This document shows, in pieces, positions 8,619 through 18,743 of a stretch of 52,227 nt of DNA; the stretch's first letter is position 1; each line of letters starts with the position of its first letter. Source of the DNA: a virus (lineage: Duplodnaviria; Caudoviricetes); the IMG/VR virus record IMGVR_UViG_3300044695_002763, positions 1 to 52,227 of that record; one strand, given 5' to 3'. A program made the translations under genes and the position numbers. Below the pieces are notes generated by a model, which worked only from the letters and a program-made list of their open reading frames with translations, made no database searches and was not told the DNA's origin.

Positions 8619-8933
8619 ATGCCAAAGCCTGAGAACATAGAGCCACATAAATTTAAGAAAGGGCAAACGGGAAACCCTAACGGGAGACCGCGTAAGCTGC
8701 CCGAACTTGATAAGCTATTAGCCGATGTGTTAGGCGAGGAAAAGGACGGCGTAACAGCGGGCGAAGCGATATTAAAAGCAATACGCGCACGCGCCGCTAA
8801 AGGCGATGTAAGGGCTGCGGAGCTATTGTTAGACCGTGCATACGGTAAGCCGAAGCAAAGCATTGATAACACCATCACCACCACCGAGCCGCTTGTTATC
8901 ATTCGCACCGAACCGAGTAAACCAGCCGAATGA
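8619..8933 (+). CDS. terS: Terminase small subunit (putative)
   Basis: FKKGQTGNPNGRP and LLDRAYGKP motifs; immediately upstream of terL. Confidence 0.7.
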   Translation: MPKPENIEPHKFKKGQTGNPNGRPRKLPELDKLLADVLGEEKDGVTAGEAILKAIRARAAKGDVRAAELLLDRAYGKPKQSIDNTITTTEPLVIIRTEPSKPAE

Positions 8934-10246
8934 ATTTTACACTAACTGAAACACAAACCACAGCCTTCGACATGGCGACCAACGGGGACAAAAGAGTAAT
9001 TGTCTTCGGGGGCGCTATACGATAACCGCCCCCGCTCGAAAGTGTGGGGGCAAAGATTCGCGGCGGTAAAACGTATTGGCTTCTATTAACTCTAACATCA
9101 CTTTGTTTAACATATCCTCGCAGCCGTTGGGCGATTATTCGTAAAAGCCTACCCGATTTAAAGCGTACCACGTTCCCGAGCTTTGCCTCAATAATGATGG
9201 ACGGCGTAAGTAGTTACGTTAAGAATTGGAATAGGGAAACGAACGTTATAACTTTTACAAACGGTTCGGAGCTTATGTTTATGGCAGAATCGTTTGACGA
9301 CGATAAAGACCTTAACCGCTTTCGAGGTTTAGAGATTAACGGCGCGGGCTTAGACGAAGTAAACGAATTACAGGAAGTAACATTCTACAAAGTTCAGGAA
9401 CGTATAGGCTCGTGGAATAAGGCACATGGTAAACCGCCTATCGTTTGCCTCGCAACGTGCAACCCCGCTCAGAACTGGGTTAAGTCAATTATATACAACC
9501 GATACCGCGAAAACACATTGCCCGAACGTTGGGCTTACATACCGAGCCGAATAACGGATAATCCACACATCGCGCCCGAATACCTCGAAGCGCTAAAGGA
9601 ATTACCGCCTATTCAATATGCTCGATTCGTTGAGGGCGATTGGGACGTACTCGATGACGTTGCAAACCCGTTCTTATACGCTTGGAGCGACGAAAAGCAC
9701 ATCGACGATAGCGTAACACATAACGCACACTTACCGACGTTTATAAGCGTCGATTTCAACATTAACCCGTTATGTGCTTTGGTTATTCAAAACGTTGGCA
9801 GCACGGCTACGGTAGTGGATGAAATAAAGATTGAGCGCGGCTCTATAGATGCGTTCTGCGATGCGGTCGAAGCATTGAACATACCAATGGGCTTAATACG
9901 TATAACAGGCGACGCAATGGGCAAAGGCGGCACAATACAGGAGCGCGATAACTCGAGCGCATACATTCAGATTAAACGCCGCCTCAAGTTAGCCGATAAT
10001 CAAATAATAATACCAGCGAACCCGCGCCACGTTAACAGCCGTATTGATTGCAACACGGCACTAAAGAAACTCGATATTCGCGTAAATAGTAAAAACTGCA
10101 AAGGGTTCGTTTTCGATGCTAAGCAAGTACAATGCAACGCGGACGGGCAAATAATAAAGAGCAATAGAAAAAACATTACGGAGCGTGCCGACTTTTTAGA
10201 TTGTTTTCGTTACTTTGTAAACGCAATTCTAAAGCGATACCTATGA
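8930..10246 (+). CDS. terL: Terminase large subunit, interrupted by a 39-nt in-frame insert containing TAA (9023-9061)
   Basis: Colinear with intact terL of unit B (44653-45930); Walker A GAIR//GGKT, Walker B LDE, TCNP, nuclease VDFN. Confidence 0.85.
9023..9061 (+). other. Candidate translational bypass (coding-gap) element
   Basis: CGA|TAA...hairpin...ATT CGC|GGC; absent from unit B. Confidence 0.6.
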
Positions 10247-10596
10247 GCGTTTGTTCACCTTGCTTCGATTCAGGCATTCAAGTAGCTTACTGTAACGGCG
10301 GTATAGCGTTTGGATTTGTAGAACCCGAAACTAACTACACCATAACGCTAAAACACAACGCAACGAATAAGCTGCAAGTGTTTAACGCCGAATCCGATTT
10401 GGATGGGCTGCTAACCATTACGGGAGCGAAGATAGATAACGGGCAAGGCTACACGCTCGAGTTAGCAGGCTGCAATAAGTTTACGATTTGCGAAGTCGAA
10501 TACGATTGCATTAGCTTTAGCGTGGCTAACATTGAAATAATCAGCGAAGAACCCGAAGTAATTAACTTAATGGAATGCGTAGAATGCAACGGATAA
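10243..10596 (+). CDS. Hypothetical protein (beta-rich, Cys-containing)
   Basis: ATGA overlap with terL stop; conserved in B. Confidence 0.55.
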   Translation: MSVCSPCFDSGIQVAYCNGGIAFGFVEPETNYTITLKHNATNKLQVFNAESDLDGLLTITGAKIDNGQGYTLELAGCNKFTICEVEYDCISFSVANIEIISEEPEVINLMECVECNG

Positions 10597-10793
10597 AATC
10601 AATATTACACGGCTGGTATCTTTGGGTAACATCGAACAAGGAAGCGAACGCGCTAAGTGATACGCGAACACCTATTTGTAACTTATGCCAACATCGCAAC
10701 AAGGCTTTAAACCTTTGTACGGCGTGCGGTTGTTTCTTGCCCGCTAAAACGCGGGTTAAAGATGCTGAATGTCCACACGACTACTGGATATAA
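10584..10793 (+). CDS. Small Cys-rich putative zinc-binding protein
   Basis: C..C...C..CGC.L.AKTR...CP..W pattern. Confidence 0.6.
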   Translation: MQRIKSILHGWYLWVTSNKEANALSDTRTPICNLCQHRNKALNLCTACGCFLPAKTRVKDAECPHDYWI

Positions 10794-10795
10794 AA

Positions 10796-11059
10796 ATGAC
10801 TGGGTTCATCCTCTGCCAAGCGTTCTTGAGTGAATCGCTCGATACCGAGGATGAAACCCTTCGCGAATTAACCGAGCGCGATATTGGGTTCGTAGAGGTG
10901 CTGATAAACGTAAACGATATAAGCCACGTTTTTAGCGGCGAGTATGAAGATTCAATAATTCAACTGCGTAGCGGCAATATCATAAAAGTAAAAAATGACA
11001 TCGACCACATTATCCAACAAATTAGGCGGGCGACTGCGCTCAATATTTTCGCGCAATAA
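10796..11059 (+). CDS. Small hypothetical protein
   Basis: Conserved in B. Confidence 0.55.
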   Translation: MTGFILCQAFLSESLDTEDETLRELTERDIGFVEVLINVNDISHVFSGEYEDSIIQLRSGNIIKVKNDIDHIIQQIRRATALNIFAQ

Positions 11060-11657
11060 GGCAAACCCCGAGTTACCTAAATACAACTTAGTCCAGCTAT
11101 TCAGTAAAGACGGCTTTAGCTATTACCGTTTCCCAAAAGAAACCTCGTTACCGCTCGAACGCTTTGCAATGAGTATGAGTTTACTCGAGCGATTAAGTAG
11201 CGGGCTTTCGGGTTCTGAGATGGAAGCAATACTAACTGAAATGGAAAAGGCTTTAGGCGCTGGTTTAACGAACCCGCGCAACGCCGCGTTAGTTGCTACC
11301 TACATACACGTTATTCGTGAAAGGCAAAACACGGTAATACACCGCGACCTATTGTTGAACATTGCCGCAACGTGGGTAATACGCTCGGACGAAAACCCCG
11401 CGATTATAAACCCCGATATTCACGAATCGAAACTAAAACTATTTGAGGCGATGGCAGAGGAGGGGTCGCACGATTTTTTTACAGGTTTGGATATCGAGCC
11501 GCTGAAACCCTTGTTACGTATGTCGCCCGACGAGTTAACGACATTATGGGATTACAACCGAGTCCAAATACAAAAGCTGCACGAAACCTTAGCGGCGTTG
11601 AGTTCTCACCGCGACGACGGGCAAAGCAAGCGCAAGACAAATTTAGGGAGCAAGTGA
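10995..11657 (+). CDS. Tail assembly chaperone (gpG-like, putative)
   Basis: Directly upstream of tape measure; A_AAT_TTA slippery site at 11639-11645. Confidence 0.6.
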   Translation: MTSTTLSNKLGGRLRSIFSRNKANPELPKYNLVQLFSKDGFSYYRFPKETSLPLERFAMSMSLLERLSSGLSGSEMEAILTEMEKALGAGLTNPRNAALVATYIHVIRERQNTVIHRDLLLNIAATWVIRSDENPAIINPDIHESKLKLFEAMAEEGSHDFFTGLDIEPLKPLLRMSPDELTTLWDYNRVQIQKLHETLAALSSHRDDGQSKRKTNLGSK

Positions 11658-11767
11658 TGCACATCGCGGGCGGTAACGTTCTCGAGTTTAAAGAATTAAT
11701 GCAATCCGATATTGACGTTTTTTTGATTAAATTTGAGGTGTTCTATAAGCAACACCAAAATGGCTGA
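11639..11767 (+). CDS. -1 frameshift extension of tail chaperone (gpGT-like)
   Basis: -1 frame reads REQVMHIAGG...QHQNG; site and frame conserved in B (47323-47451). Confidence 0.6.
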   Translation, partial: KFREQVMHIAGGNVLEFKELMQSDIDVFLIKFEVFYKQHQNG

Positions 11768-14519
11768 AGTCTTAATCAAATATAAAGCCGACGCGGGCGA
11801 CCTCGAGGCGATTGTAAATAAGATAAACAAGGTTAACGACGATGTAGTTAAAAGCGCAACGGAGTCGAGTAAGCGGGTTGGTGATGAATTTAAAAAAATA
11901 GGAGCGACCGCAGTAAACGCTTTTGCTAACCAACAATTAGCGGGGGCGGTTAAAAACCTCAATACTCAAGTTGCTGGTCTTACAACAGGGTTAAGACTAA
12001 ACGTAGACGCTTTAAAAAAGTTTGATAGCGCAACAGATAATACCACCGATAGCTTAAAAGATTTCGACGAGGAAGTAAAAAAGACTAATAAAATATTAGT
12101 TCAATCGGCTCAAGACGTTGCAAAGTACGAAGATAGGCTACGCGAATTATCGGTCGCAGGGCAGCGCAACACAGACGAGTTCAAAGATATTGCGAAGGCG
12201 GTCGGCGAATATAAGTCGGCTATTATTGCAGCCGATAGGGCTGTTGATTTATACGCTAAGTCAACCGATGCCGCAACGGGTCGAATAGGCGAGCTTGAAG
12301 ATAAACTATACGACTTAGCTTTAGCTGGGAAAGCGAATACCAAAGAGTTTAACGACTTGGTAAAAGAGGTTGCAACGGTTAGGCGCGCTGTAATTGAAAC
12401 CGATGCGCAGGTCGATGCGCTTGCGCAACGCGGCGCTAAGTTAAAAGGCTTCGTTCAAAGCGTTGAATTAGTTGGCGTAGCTTTTCAAGCTGTCGAAGGC
12501 GCAGCCGCTTTAACGGGCAAAGAAAACGAAGAACTGCAAAAGACTTTAGTAAAGTTGCAGGCAATCATGGCTATAACCTCAGCGCTCGAACAAGGGCGCG
12601 TTATTATCATGGAGCAGCTTGCAGCTAAAACGGGTATCGCTGGTTTGGCAATGAAAGCCTATACGTTTGTTACCAACGGCGCTGCAACCGCTACTAAAAT
12701 TTGGCGCGGTTTGTTAGTGGCAAGTGGTATAGGTGCTGTTGTGGCAATACTTGGAACGCTTGCCTCTAAATTCTTGGATAACAAGGAAGCGACAAACGAA
12801 GCAGCCGAAGCAGCAAAGGAGTACCAAAAAGCTATTGACGACTTAAATAGAACGGCTGCGCAATCAGCAGTTAAAGCGGGTAACGCTCAAATAGAATTAT
12901 TACAAAAGCAAGGTAAAATAACCGAGGAACAGGCTAAACGCTTAATAGTTTTTAATGAATTGCAAACGGGCTTATCCGATGCCGCTGTTAGCGCTAAAGA
13001 CAAAGAAACCGAAGCGCTTAAAAGGCTTGAAGAACAAAAAGCCCTCGATATAAAAACATTTGGTAAAGTTACTAAAGCAACCCAAGAACAATTAGGCAAA
13101 GATTTACTCGCTATTGAAACCGAAAGGAGTAATAAAGAAAAAGAGTTACGAGCGCAAGCCGAAATAGAAATAATAAACATAAGTAACGAGCGAAAAGAAA
13201 AAGAAAAAGAAAACGCAAAGAAAGCCGCTGAAGACTTAGCCAAAGCTCGCGAAAACTTAGCTAACTTAGAACTGGATGCCCTACAAGCATCTTTAGATGA
13301 ACGCGAATCTATACTTAATGAAAGCAATAATAAAATTGCAGAACTTGAAAAGGCGTTTATTGATAGCAAGTTTAAGAAAGGAAGTGACGAAGAAATAAAA
13401 CTACAAAACGCAATACAATCTATTAAGGAAGACGCGACAAAGCAAATTGCAGCTATTGACCAAAAGGCTTTAGAAGAAAAGATTGCAAAAGAAAAGGAAG
13501 CCGCCGAAAAGATTGCCGAAGAACAAAGAGCCGCCGCCGAATCGTCAATAAATACCCAAATTAATTTAGTTAAGGAATTAGAAATTGAACTGGGTAGTTC
13601 TTTGGAGCGCCGCGTTGAGTTAATTAATTTAGAAGCCGACCAGCGTAAGTTGTCTGCTACAAATAGTATTAAAGACGAAAAGGAACGAGCAAGTGCAATC
13701 GAGTTAATCAATGCGGAAACTCAGCAAAAAATAAGGGATGAACAAAAGAAAACAACCGACCAAGCGGTCAATGATGCTTTCGAGATTGCCGATGCGGTTG
13801 CAAATACTTTAGGCGCTATTGTAGAATTACAGGGCGCACAATCACAGGCGCGCATCGATGAAATAAATAATACAGCAACTTTAGAACAGGAAGCGATTAA
13901 TAAGAGCTTAGAAAGCGAAGCCGATAAGCAGCGTAAACTCGATGCTTTACGCTTGCGCACAAGCCGACAAATAGCAGCCGAAAAGACAAAGCAGGCTAAA
14001 TCAGAAAGGGCGTTAAACGTGTTTAAGGCGGTAATTGATACCGCAGCCTCGATAACTAAAACGGGTGCGCAGCTCGGTTATCCTGCGGCTATTCCTTTTC
14101 AAGTTGCGGCGGGTGTTATCGGTGCTACTCAAATCGCTACCATATTAGCGCAGCCGTTACCTAAGTTTAAAAAAGGGGGTATCGTAGGGGGTCGAAGCCA
14201 CGACGCGGGCGGTACTATAATCGAAGCCGAGCGCGGTGAATTTGTAGTTAACCGCAACGCAGTAACGCGCCACCGTTCCGAACTCGACGCTTTAAACACA
14301 TCGAGCGCGGCGTTTAAGCGTTTAATAGATGAGCGATATGTACGCCCTGCTTTAAATTACTACATGGGCAAAAAGGAGCGCGCTATTAACGTCAATGCTT
14401 CATTAAACAGTAAAGGCATGGAGAAAGAAATTAAAGGCATGAGGCGCGACCTAAAGCGTAATAAAACGATTGTAAATATTAACGGAAATGATTCGCGGTA
14501 CGCATGGCATCTGAATTAA
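11760..14519 (+). CDS. Tape measure protein
   Basis: Long Ala/Glu/Lys-rich helical protein with hydrophobic segments and an F..GG.VGG.SH..GG C-terminal motif. Confidence 0.8.
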   Translation: MAEVLIKYKADAGDLEAIVNKINKVNDDVVKSATESSKRVGDEFKKIGATAVNAFANQQLAGAVKNLNTQVAGLTTGLRLNVDALKKFDSATDNTTDSLKDFDEEVKKTNKILVQSAQDVAKYEDRLRELSVAGQRNTDEFKDIAKAVGEYKSAIIAADRAVDLYAKSTDAATGRIGELEDKLYDLALAGKANTKEFNDLVKEVATVRRAVIETDAQVDALAQRGAKLKGFVQSVELVGVAFQAVEGAAALTGKENEELQKTLVKLQAIMAITSALEQGRVIIMEQLAAKTGIAGLAMKAYTFVTNGAATATKIWRGLLVASGIGAVVAILGTLASKFLDNKEATNEAAEAAKEYQKAIDDLNRTAAQSAVKAGNAQIELLQKQGKITEEQAKRLIVFNELQTGLSDAAVSAKDKETEALKRLEEQKALDIKTFGKVTKATQEQLGKDLLAIETERSNKEKELRAQAEIEIINISNERKEKEKENAKKAAEDLAKARENLANLELDALQASLDERESILNESNNKIAELEKAFIDSKFKKGSDEEIKLQNAIQSIKEDATKQIAAIDQKALEEKIAKEKEAAEKIAEEQRAAAESSINTQINLVKELEIELGSSLERRVELINLEADQRKLSATNSIKDEKERASAIELINAETQQKIRDEQKKTTDQAVNDAFEIADAVANTLGAIVELQGAQSQARIDEINNTATLEQEAINKSLESEADKQRKLDALRLRTSRQIAAEKTKQAKSERALNVFKAVIDTAASITKTGAQLGYPAAIPFQVAAGVIGATQIATILAQPLPKFKKGGIVGGRSHDAGGTIIEAERGEFVVNRNAVTRHRSELDALNTSSAAFKRLIDERYVRPALNYYMGKKERAINVNASLNSKGMEKEIKGMRRDLKRNKTIVNINGNDSRYAWHLN

Positions 14520-16465
14520 AGTTTTTAATCGATAACCTCGATAGGGGGCAACCATTAAACCCCGAGGACTTTGGTATAACAATAAACGAGGACGAAACAA
14601 TAGGGGCGCGAATAGTTTCGTTTGATAATGAGCTAACGTTTGGCGGTGATGTGTTCGGCTACCTTTACGCTAAACTCGAAACCTCGGGATACTGCGAACT
14701 GGTTCGCGTAGAGGTGCAATACCTTTGCGAATCTAATGGCGTTTGGGAACGTTTAGTAGATGGTTATATAATTGCAACGGAGTCTAACTTTTTGCTCGAT
14801 AGGTGTCAGGTTAAGACAAAGGTTTACGACGAAACGTTTAGCACAAAGATTAACAATAACAAGTCAATACCATTTTCGCTACGCCTTACAACATCGAAGA
14901 ACGGTACGCCAATAACGCCACCAACTATTCGACGGCTCGATATATTCGACCCTGCGATGGGTACATGGTATCCTAATTTTACTTATGGGTATGGAGTTTA
15001 CGATGTGTTCGCGCATTTAGTAAACTGCATGAGCGACGGGCTGGTAGATTTTGCCTCTAACCTTTTTGATTATACCGACCCGACAAACGACATACCAGTA
15101 TACACGCAGGGCAATATGTTACGAACGCGCACCGATATTGAAATCTCGGCTACGTTTGAACAGTTGTATTTAACTTTAAAACAAAAGTTAAACCTCGGTA
15201 TGGGTTTCGAAAGGCAAGCAAACGGGCGACCTTTATTGCGGATTGAACCCGTTAGCTATTTCCAACAATCAACAGCGTCGGTTAATCTTTACGACCAGCC
15301 CGAAATCGAAATGAAGTTCGATGTATCGAGGCTTTACGCTTCGGTTAATTTTGGTTCGTCGCCTTATTTATTCCCGAACGAGTGCAACGGGGGCGACGGC
15401 TTTTGTTTATTTCCGCAACCAGTATTTCAGGGCTTTCGTGATGAATCTTTTGGCTTCGTTGGTGAGTGCAATACATCGAATGTATTAAACTTAAAAACGA
15501 GCGACGTAGTGTTCGACCATAACGTTATCGAAGATATATTAAGGTTTCAAAGTCAAGACCACGAATTAACCCCTATAATAATTCAAAGCGATTACCGTAG
15601 CCGATTTGCGCCTAATTCATTTAGTGCGCGGGTTTATAATCTAACGGGGCTAACGATTCCATTTTACAACCTTAACTATTCTAACGAGGGCGTTTCGAGT
15701 AATTGGTTAAATGGCTTTCCTAATTCTTTGCAAGGTTTCTTTAATCAAGGAGACCCATTGTTAACGCCGTTTTTAGCGCGTGTAATAAACGCACCTACGC
15801 TACCTTCATGGGAAATTATAAATACTACATCAACTTCGTATAGTGAATATAGCGGCGACTTTATCCCGTTTAATAATGAGATTATAGACACGGGAAATAA
15901 CTTTAACGTTCGAAGGTATCGCGTGCCGTTCTCGGGTATTTATACTTTTAACCTTTCTTTAGTTTCTTTACCAAGTGTAGGCAACAGAACTTTGATAGGA
16001 ATTATAAAACGTTTAGATGGTTTGGGCAATGTTCAACAAGAGGTACAAGGTACACCCGTGAGCGGTGGCATTGCATTGAACACAACCGCAGCCGCTACCT
16101 TTTATTGTAATGAAGGGGATTTAGTTGTAGCTGATATTACAGGCGCTTCGAGCGTTGGACCTCAAATCGAAACTATTCAAATAAACGTGCTTTCGTTTTT
16201 TGAAGGCGAAGGCACAAACTTTCAAAGCCCCGATTTACAGCCCGTAGATATTAACGACGTGCAAGCCTATCTATACAAGTTTAAGCGCCCGTTAAGCATG
16301 GCAGAGATAAACGCGATAACAAGCGAAACATCGAAGCCTATTTTATTAGGGCGCAAAGATGATAGCCTCGCGGTTACGCCTACCTACATTAAAAACATTC
16401 AAATAGAATCAGTAATGCGCAAGGGCGCACAATTCGAGCTACGTTCTAACAAACTACTTCCATGA
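14504..16465 (+). CDS. Tail tip/baseplate structural protein with C1q-like segment
   Basis: Follows TMP; IPFNNEIID.GNNFN...Y.VPFSGIYTF. Confidence 0.55.
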   Translation: MASELKFLIDNLDRGQPLNPEDFGITINEDETIGARIVSFDNELTFGGDVFGYLYAKLETSGYCELVRVEVQYLCESNGVWERLVDGYIIATESNFLLDRCQVKTKVYDETFSTKINNNKSIPFSLRLTTSKNGTPITPPTIRRLDIFDPAMGTWYPNFTYGYGVYDVFAHLVNCMSDGLVDFASNLFDYTDPTNDIPVYTQGNMLRTRTDIEISATFEQLYLTLKQKLNLGMGFERQANGRPLLRIEPVSYFQQSTASVNLYDQPEIEMKFDVSRLYASVNFGSSPYLFPNECNGGDGFCLFPQPVFQGFRDESFGFVGECNTSNVLNLKTSDVVFDHNVIEDILRFQSQDHELTPIIIQSDYRSRFAPNSFSARVYNLTGLTIPFYNLNYSNEGVSSNWLNGFPNSLQGFFNQGDPLLTPFLARVINAPTLPSWEIINTTSTSYSEYSGDFIPFNNEIIDTGNNFNVRRYRVPFSGIYTFNLSLVSLPSVGNRTLIGIIKRLDGLGNVQQEVQGTPVSGGIALNTTAAATFYCNEGDLVVADITGASSVGPQIETIQINVLSFFEGEGTNFQSPDLQPVDINDVQAYLYKFKRPLSMAEINAITSETSKPILLGRKDDSLAVTPTYIKNIQIESVMRKGAQFELRSNKLLP

Positions 16466-18108
16466 GTTACACATCCATACCAAATCAACCAATATTATTT
16501 AACAGCGTTTTACCCGAGCAATGTGAGGGCTGTAATAGTAATTTTGCGCAGCTTGCCGATTTTAATGACCAATTATTTTGGCAGCTCGAAGCGGGGCAAT
16601 GTGGCGAGGTTGAGTTCTTTGGCGAAACATTGGTCGAACCTTGGACACAGGACGGCAGCACGATTACGGGCGGTGGCACAAGCACAGGCGGCTACATTGC
16701 AAGCTACTTGCGTTATGATGTGGTGCAAAATTTTATCGTTACCATAACCGTAAGCGATATTGTAGGCGTGCTAAGGGTAACAATAAACGGCGGCTCGTTT
16801 CTCGATGTATCAACACAAGGCACACACACGCTATATTTAACAACCTCTGACTTAACAAGCAATGCAGTTTTAATAGGCTTTAGCAATGGCACGCAGCCCT
16901 TCGATGGTTCATTCATTATCGACAGCGTTGTGCCAGTTCCAAACGGCGGCTTATTCGCTGGCATTGTGGATGCCGAAACGCTTGCAGTTGTTCAAGTGTT
17001 AGACCCTGTTATTACAACGAGCCAACAATATTTAACGGCTGCAATTAATTTAAGCGATTACGATATTGAGGCGGGCTGCTATCGATTAGCGATTGCGGAC
17101 TATTGCGAGAATACTTGCGGGCAATACTTCATATACAATCCTTACTTTAATGGAGACCCTTTATGTATTGATTGCTTGCCTATCGGTTGGACTTCCGTTC
17201 CAACAGTAGGCTCGGATGATTGGGTCGTTGATGGTGGCGAAGCAACGATTAATTTAACCGCCTTAGGCAATTCGGCGAACCTTGTTTCAATTACTGAGCT
17301 TTGCGAGGATACGGATTACTATGTCGAAATAGAAGTCGAATCGATAAGCAATGCAAGATTGAGGTTTGCCGTTGATGGTATAGGCTACGGCTCTTTTATA
17401 ACTACGGCGGGAACGTATAGCTTTACAATTACTGTAACAAGTGGCGGCGCGGTTAGTTTAGCAGGCTCGCAACTTGGGGCTTCACTCGATGGGGATATAG
17501 TTGTTAAGCGTGTAACGGTTCGAGCCGATAAGAATTGGGCTAAGTACGATAAGTATAGCGACCTTATAAGCATTGGAGATTATTCGGACGATTGCAGATT
17601 TTTTAAGATAGAAGGGTGCAACGGCGAAAACCAATTTGGATTAGGTTTTTATGGCACTTCGTTTTTAGCTGGTATTCGATTAGAGGGGCGACGATTCCAA
17701 CCGCAATACGATACCGATACCGATTTATTTAGATATGCTTCGGGGCGTTGGCAGGCAAGTTATGTAGACCGCAAAAAGAAATTGAGCTATTATTTTGGGC
17801 GCTTGCCCGAATACGTTTTAGATTTTCTTTCGATTGTTTTCTACTTCGATAATTGTTACATAAACGGCGACTTAGTTTTCCCAGCCGATAATGAGTTCCC
17901 TACAATCGAATATGATAATGCAGACGATTTAGGCGCGTTAACGATAGACTTGTATAATAAGCGCGATAAGGTGCGTAAAACGGTTTGTGTTGGCGTGGAT
18001 GCTAATTGCCTACCATCGATATTAGATAACGACTCAGAGCCGTTTATATTAACGCAGGATAGCGAGCGTTTAATTACGCAAGATGTGATTAACTTATATC
18101 AAGAATAA
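16462..18108 (+). CDS. Virion structural protein (tail-associated)
   Basis: Beta-rich; C-terminal ILTQDSERLITQDVINLYQE motif. Confidence 0.5.
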   Translation: MSYTSIPNQPILFNSVLPEQCEGCNSNFAQLADFNDQLFWQLEAGQCGEVEFFGETLVEPWTQDGSTITGGGTSTGGYIASYLRYDVVQNFIVTITVSDIVGVLRVTINGGSFLDVSTQGTHTLYLTTSDLTSNAVLIGFSNGTQPFDGSFIIDSVVPVPNGGLFAGIVDAETLAVVQVLDPVITTSQQYLTAAINLSDYDIEAGCYRLAIADYCENTCGQYFIYNPYFNGDPLCIDCLPIGWTSVPTVGSDDWVVDGGEATINLTALGNSANLVSITELCEDTDYYVEIEVESISNARLRFAVDGIGYGSFITTAGTYSFTITVTSGGAVSLAGSQLGASLDGDIVVKRVTVRADKNWAKYDKYSDLISIGDYSDDCRFFKIEGCNGENQFGLGFYGTSFLAGIRLEGRRFQPQYDTDTDLFRYASGRWQASYVDRKKKLSYYFGRLPEYVLDFLSIVFYFDNCYINGDLVFPADNEFPTIEYDNADDLGALTIDLYNKRDKVRKTVCVGVDANCLPSILDNDSEPFILTQDSERLITQDVINLYQE

Positions 18109-18113
18109 TTTTG

Positions 18114-18203
18114 TAAATTTGTGTAACATTTGAGCAATCCATTTTAGGTGTCAGGCTTACGACCTATCAAACCGAAGCCGAAACAATAAACACCTTTTAA
18201 ATT
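18114..18203 (+). promoter_or_regulatory. Promoter (-7 TAAATTTG) and structured 5' leader
   Basis: GGCTT/AAGCC stem; AGGTGT/ACACCT pairing next to the start codon. Confidence 0.45.
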
Positions 18204-18743
18204 ATGGGATGCGTTTCCTATTGCGATGTATCGCTACTCGAACATAATTTGGTGGACTGTAACGAGTACAAACTCGGCGGTGTTTCAGCGGTAATCGTTG
18301 GCGCTTGTAATGTAACCGTAGCCGACCCGTCGGACGCGGTAGAAATTGCAGCGTTGTTAGCGAGCGGTGAAGCCCGTTTGATTGAAGACATTCGTTTCGC
18401 TCTGCCTGCTGGTTCGCCTGTAACGGTAGATTCACCTATCGGCTGCGGTACGCCGATTCGTATTAATGAAGACCGCACCGCCACGCTATACGATGCCAAC
18501 GTAACAGATGAGAATAACCTCTTTTGGAACGATGTAAACAACCGCCGTGTCGGTTGGATTATGGCTTATATGTGTGATAGCGGTAAGATTATTTTTATCG
18601 ACCCGCCAGTTGGAATTACAACGAGCGCTAACTTTATTTTGCCTGAGCAGAATAACGAATTGCAGCGCTACGAAGTAACGTTCTCATGGCGCGATAAAGA
18701 TATCCCAACTCAGTACAATGCACCAGTTGGAATCTTCAGCTAA
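18204..18743 (+). CDS. Major tail tube protein (putative)
   Basis: 179 aa, beta-rich, own promoter; assignment by size and context only. Confidence 0.45.
   Translation: MGCVSYCDVSLLEHNLVDCNEYKLGGVSAVIVGACNVTVADPSDAVEIAALLASGEARLIEDIRFALPAGSPVTVDSPIGCGTPIRINEDRTATLYDANVTDENNLFWNDVNNRRVGWIMAYMCDSGKIIFIDPPVGITTSANFILPEQNNELQRYEVTFSWRDKDIPTQYNAPVGIFS

Noticed and set aside
9023-9025. Genome-wide stop-codon reassignment explaining the terL TAA
   Set aside because: TAA ends many genes here, and other genes are uninterrupted under the standard code.
9023-9061. Intein or group I/II intron in terL
   Set aside because: 39 nt is far too short and no catalytic core motifs are present.
9044-10246. ORF-track terL starting at GTG 9044
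   Set aside because: It would lack the conserved N-terminal 31 residues, including the strand before Walker A, which are intact and coupled to terS at 8930. Kept only as an alternative hypothesis.
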